Shown here: piece after piece, positions 33,100 through 35,695 of the stretch | How positions within the stretch are numbered: the stretch's first letter is position 1 | Layout: each line of letters opens with the position of its first letter | NCBI RefSeq assembly: GCF_001194135.2 | Contig: NC_068987.1 | Location: 36,697,678-36,733,372, forward strand | Length of the DNA: 35,695 bases | DNA from: Octopus bimaculoides | Lineage: Eukaryota | Direction: 5' to 3' | Translations under genes and position numbers: made by a program | Notes under the pieces: generated by a model | What the model was told of the DNA's origin: nothing | Databases searched by the model: none | What the model saw: only the letters and a program-made list of their open reading frames with translations

Positions 33100-34930
33100 T
33101 AGTACTTTACACCTCTGAAATTCCTGTTGTCGCTATGGAGATTTCCATAATTTTCGATATAGGAAATATATTACTATTGAAAAGGAACACAATTCAGTCA
33201 GCTTCTTGGGTATTTACCTTTATCTAGAAACAGGTAAATATAAACCCTACTCTAAACCTAATATTAATCTAAGGTACATTAATAAAAATAGTAACCATAC
33301 AAGAAATATTACAGGAAAATTAGTTGAAAATATGTCTAAAAGAATTTCTAGTCTCTGCAGATGAGGTAATTTTAAAACAGTATATAGCTTATTACAACAT
33401 CACACTAAGTAAAGCTGACAAAAATTAAAATTTTATAAACCAAGCGTAAAATTAGAGAATAAGGACAAGACACAAAACAAGATTCGTAATAAAGTTATTG
33501 ACATAGAAATTAATAAATACAAAGATAAAAAGAATGTGGATAGAAGAAAATATAAATCCGATAAGAATAATATAAGTAAACGCATCAAGAAACGGATGGT
33601 GAATGAAAATGAATCATACACGTATAACAAAGATGCGAACATTAAGGAACGGATAAAAATCAATGATAATAAGATGAAAATGAAGTCGAAAATAAAACAC
33701 AATAATAGTTATGACTATATCAATATAAACCAAAATTGGACAATAAACAACAAAAGAGAAGGAATTGAAAAACTAAACGATAACATTCCTAACAGTTCTG
33801 AAAAAGATTGCACCTTATGCATAAACGAAATTAACCTCCATAAACATCATTCTAAAGATTATGTAATATGGCTCATAATATCTTTCGCAAAGTAAATTAG
33901 AATTAATATAGTGAGACTATTCTACAAAGCTGTCTCTAAGCAGTTTTCAGAGAAAAAATTCCGTAAAATAATAAACTAACACAAATTAAGGACCGGTTTT
34001 TGCATATCAACAAACGCAGTACAAATTATTGCTGCACAAAATGCTAAAAGATTAAATGACTTCTACAACAAGAGGAGTAAAGAAACTAAAAATAACGGAG
34101 AGAAAATCAAAGAAAATATGAATTACACGATAAACGAAGGAAGGGAAATGATTCTAAGGGACACTCCGCTAGGATCTAAACATATAAACATGCAATCTAT
34201 AAAAAGAAGACTCAACATGAACAATATTAACAACAAAATTAATAATATAAATATAAATATTGATATTATAAATATAACTAATAATATTAAAAATGGCAAC
34301 AACAAACATAAAAGAAAAACCAATAAAAGTATTAGGATGGGCAAAGAAAACAATGACGAAGAAGATAGTAACGGAAGTAATAAACAAACTAACGTAAATA
34401 ATCGTAGATTAATGTGAAAGACTCCAAACAGAAAATAAATTCAATGTGGATAACTCTGAAAGCATGGCATACAAGCACAACATTATTAGTAAGAAAACAG
34501 GGAGCGCTACTAAAAATAAAACTTGCGATTGTGCTAAAGGTAAACGATATCCATTAAATTTTTTTGTGAGGAAAAAGGATGTAAGGCTGTATCTGAGGAA
34601 CAGAATTACTACTATATAGGTTCTACGGAAAATTATATAAGAAGAAGGATAGCTAATCAGGAAAACACCTTTAGCGATTAGAAAAAAAGGCTTAAACCAG
34701 TCTAAATAAACTAATTTGGTCGGTTAAAGGTAAAATAAGGACTATACAATTACGTGGCAAATGATTTGCCTAGCAAAATTTTATAGCATAGGGAACAAAA
34801 TGTGTGAACATTGCGTCGACGAAATTTACCCGATTCTTGCATCAAAACGCAAATTAATCAAGAACAAGATGGAAAGAGGACATTGTTGCGCTCATAAAGT
34901 TAAATATACATTCAATAAATTTAAATAGAT
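33100..34930 (+). mobile_element. Decayed Penelope-like element (RT C-terminus/thumb plus GIY-YIG) with long Asn/Lys-rich linkers
   Basis: ITIEKEHNSVSFLGIYLYLETGKYKPYSKPN...YINKNSNH...MSKRISSL, VIWLIISF, CDCAKGKRYPLN, YIGSTENYIRRRIANQENTF and FYSIGNKMCEHCVDEIYPIL...CCAHKVKYTFNKFK. Confidence 0.85.
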
Positions 34931-35040
34931 ATGGTTAAAATAAACACTGCGTAAATAATACCTATTGATAGTTCATAACGTTCAATAAATTTAAAAAGAC
35001 ATTGTTTAAATAAACACCGTGTAAATAATGCCTATGAATG
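34901..35040. repeat. ~70-bp imperfect tandem duplication at the PLE 3' end
   Basis: ttcaataaatttaaatagatatggttaaaataaacactgcgtaaataatacctat versus ttcaataaatttaaaaagacattgtttaaataaacaccgtgtaaataatgcctat. Confidence 0.8.
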
Positions 35041-35138
35041 ATTTACAAAAACATTAGTAATTAATAGTTGATATAAAATAAATGAATAAAGGTAACAATT
35101 ACGTCCACACCTAGATCTATTTCATCAATAATAAGGGC

Positions 35139-35340
35139 GTAGATGAATATGTTATGGACATGCTGGATAGTATGAAAAGTAGGGGCAGGCTTGTAGGCCT
35201 AAGTTGCTGATCAATTTTGCCAAATGGGTGGAATAAGGATGTAGAGGAATGTGTTGTGGACATACTGAATAGGATGAAAACGTAGTGGTAGGCTTGTAAA
35301 CAGTTAATCAGCACCACCAAACGAGTGGAATAGAAACATG
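35139..35340. repeat. 102-bp imperfect tandem duplication
   Basis: Units begin gtagatgaatatgttatggacatgctg (35139) and gtagaggaatgtgttgtggacatactg (35241). Confidence 0.85.
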
Positions 35341-35695
35341 AGCTAGTTCTTCTGAACTATACTTATTCCTTGTCCAGTAAGGTCAAAAAATCAACTTTTA
35401 ACTATTTTTAAAACAGAATCCAAGATGCACATGCTACAATGCAATCGAAACTAATTCTCCATCAGTTAGGATGTGAAAAATATCACTCAATTATGCCCTG
35501 AGGAGGCTTTTGCTTTTTGCTGATTCATGATGACTCTAAAAGTGCAAATATAAATGACAGCAGTCAGCCGCAACGCAGCGTAGGCAATATGAATTAACTT
35601 ATGAATTAGACAGGACCTTGATAATAAACTGGTTACTCTATGTATGTATTCTCTGTTTTCTTTGAATCTTTAAATTTATATATATATATATATAT

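Overview
AT-rich, repeat-dense animal genomic DNA, not prokaryotic, with N-gaps sitting on microsatellites. The tRNA-derived SINEs and the mariner relic look like those I recognise from octopod cephalopods (Octopus sp.); this is an inference from memory, not a database result. Most of the window is transposon debris: five Penelope-like retroelement (PLE) fragments, a 5'-truncated R4/Dong-type non-LTR element ending in (TAA)n, Helitron, Merlin, maT/mariner and possible Ty3/gypsy relics, and about ten SINEs. Host-gene content is one well-supported minus-strand terminal exon encoding a chitin-binding peritrophin-A (CBM14) domain at 9641-9840, plus weak candidate exons. The most interesting signals are non-coding: several minimal or degenerate hammerhead-ribozyme-like motifs (5958, 6961, 21981, 27504, 28430), one of them with a 25-nt antisense copy 135 nt downstream, and a 2-kb PLE bracketed by ~325-bp inverted repeats. 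No complete gene, tRNA, rRNA or CRISPR array is supported. All translations, alignments and folds were done by eye.
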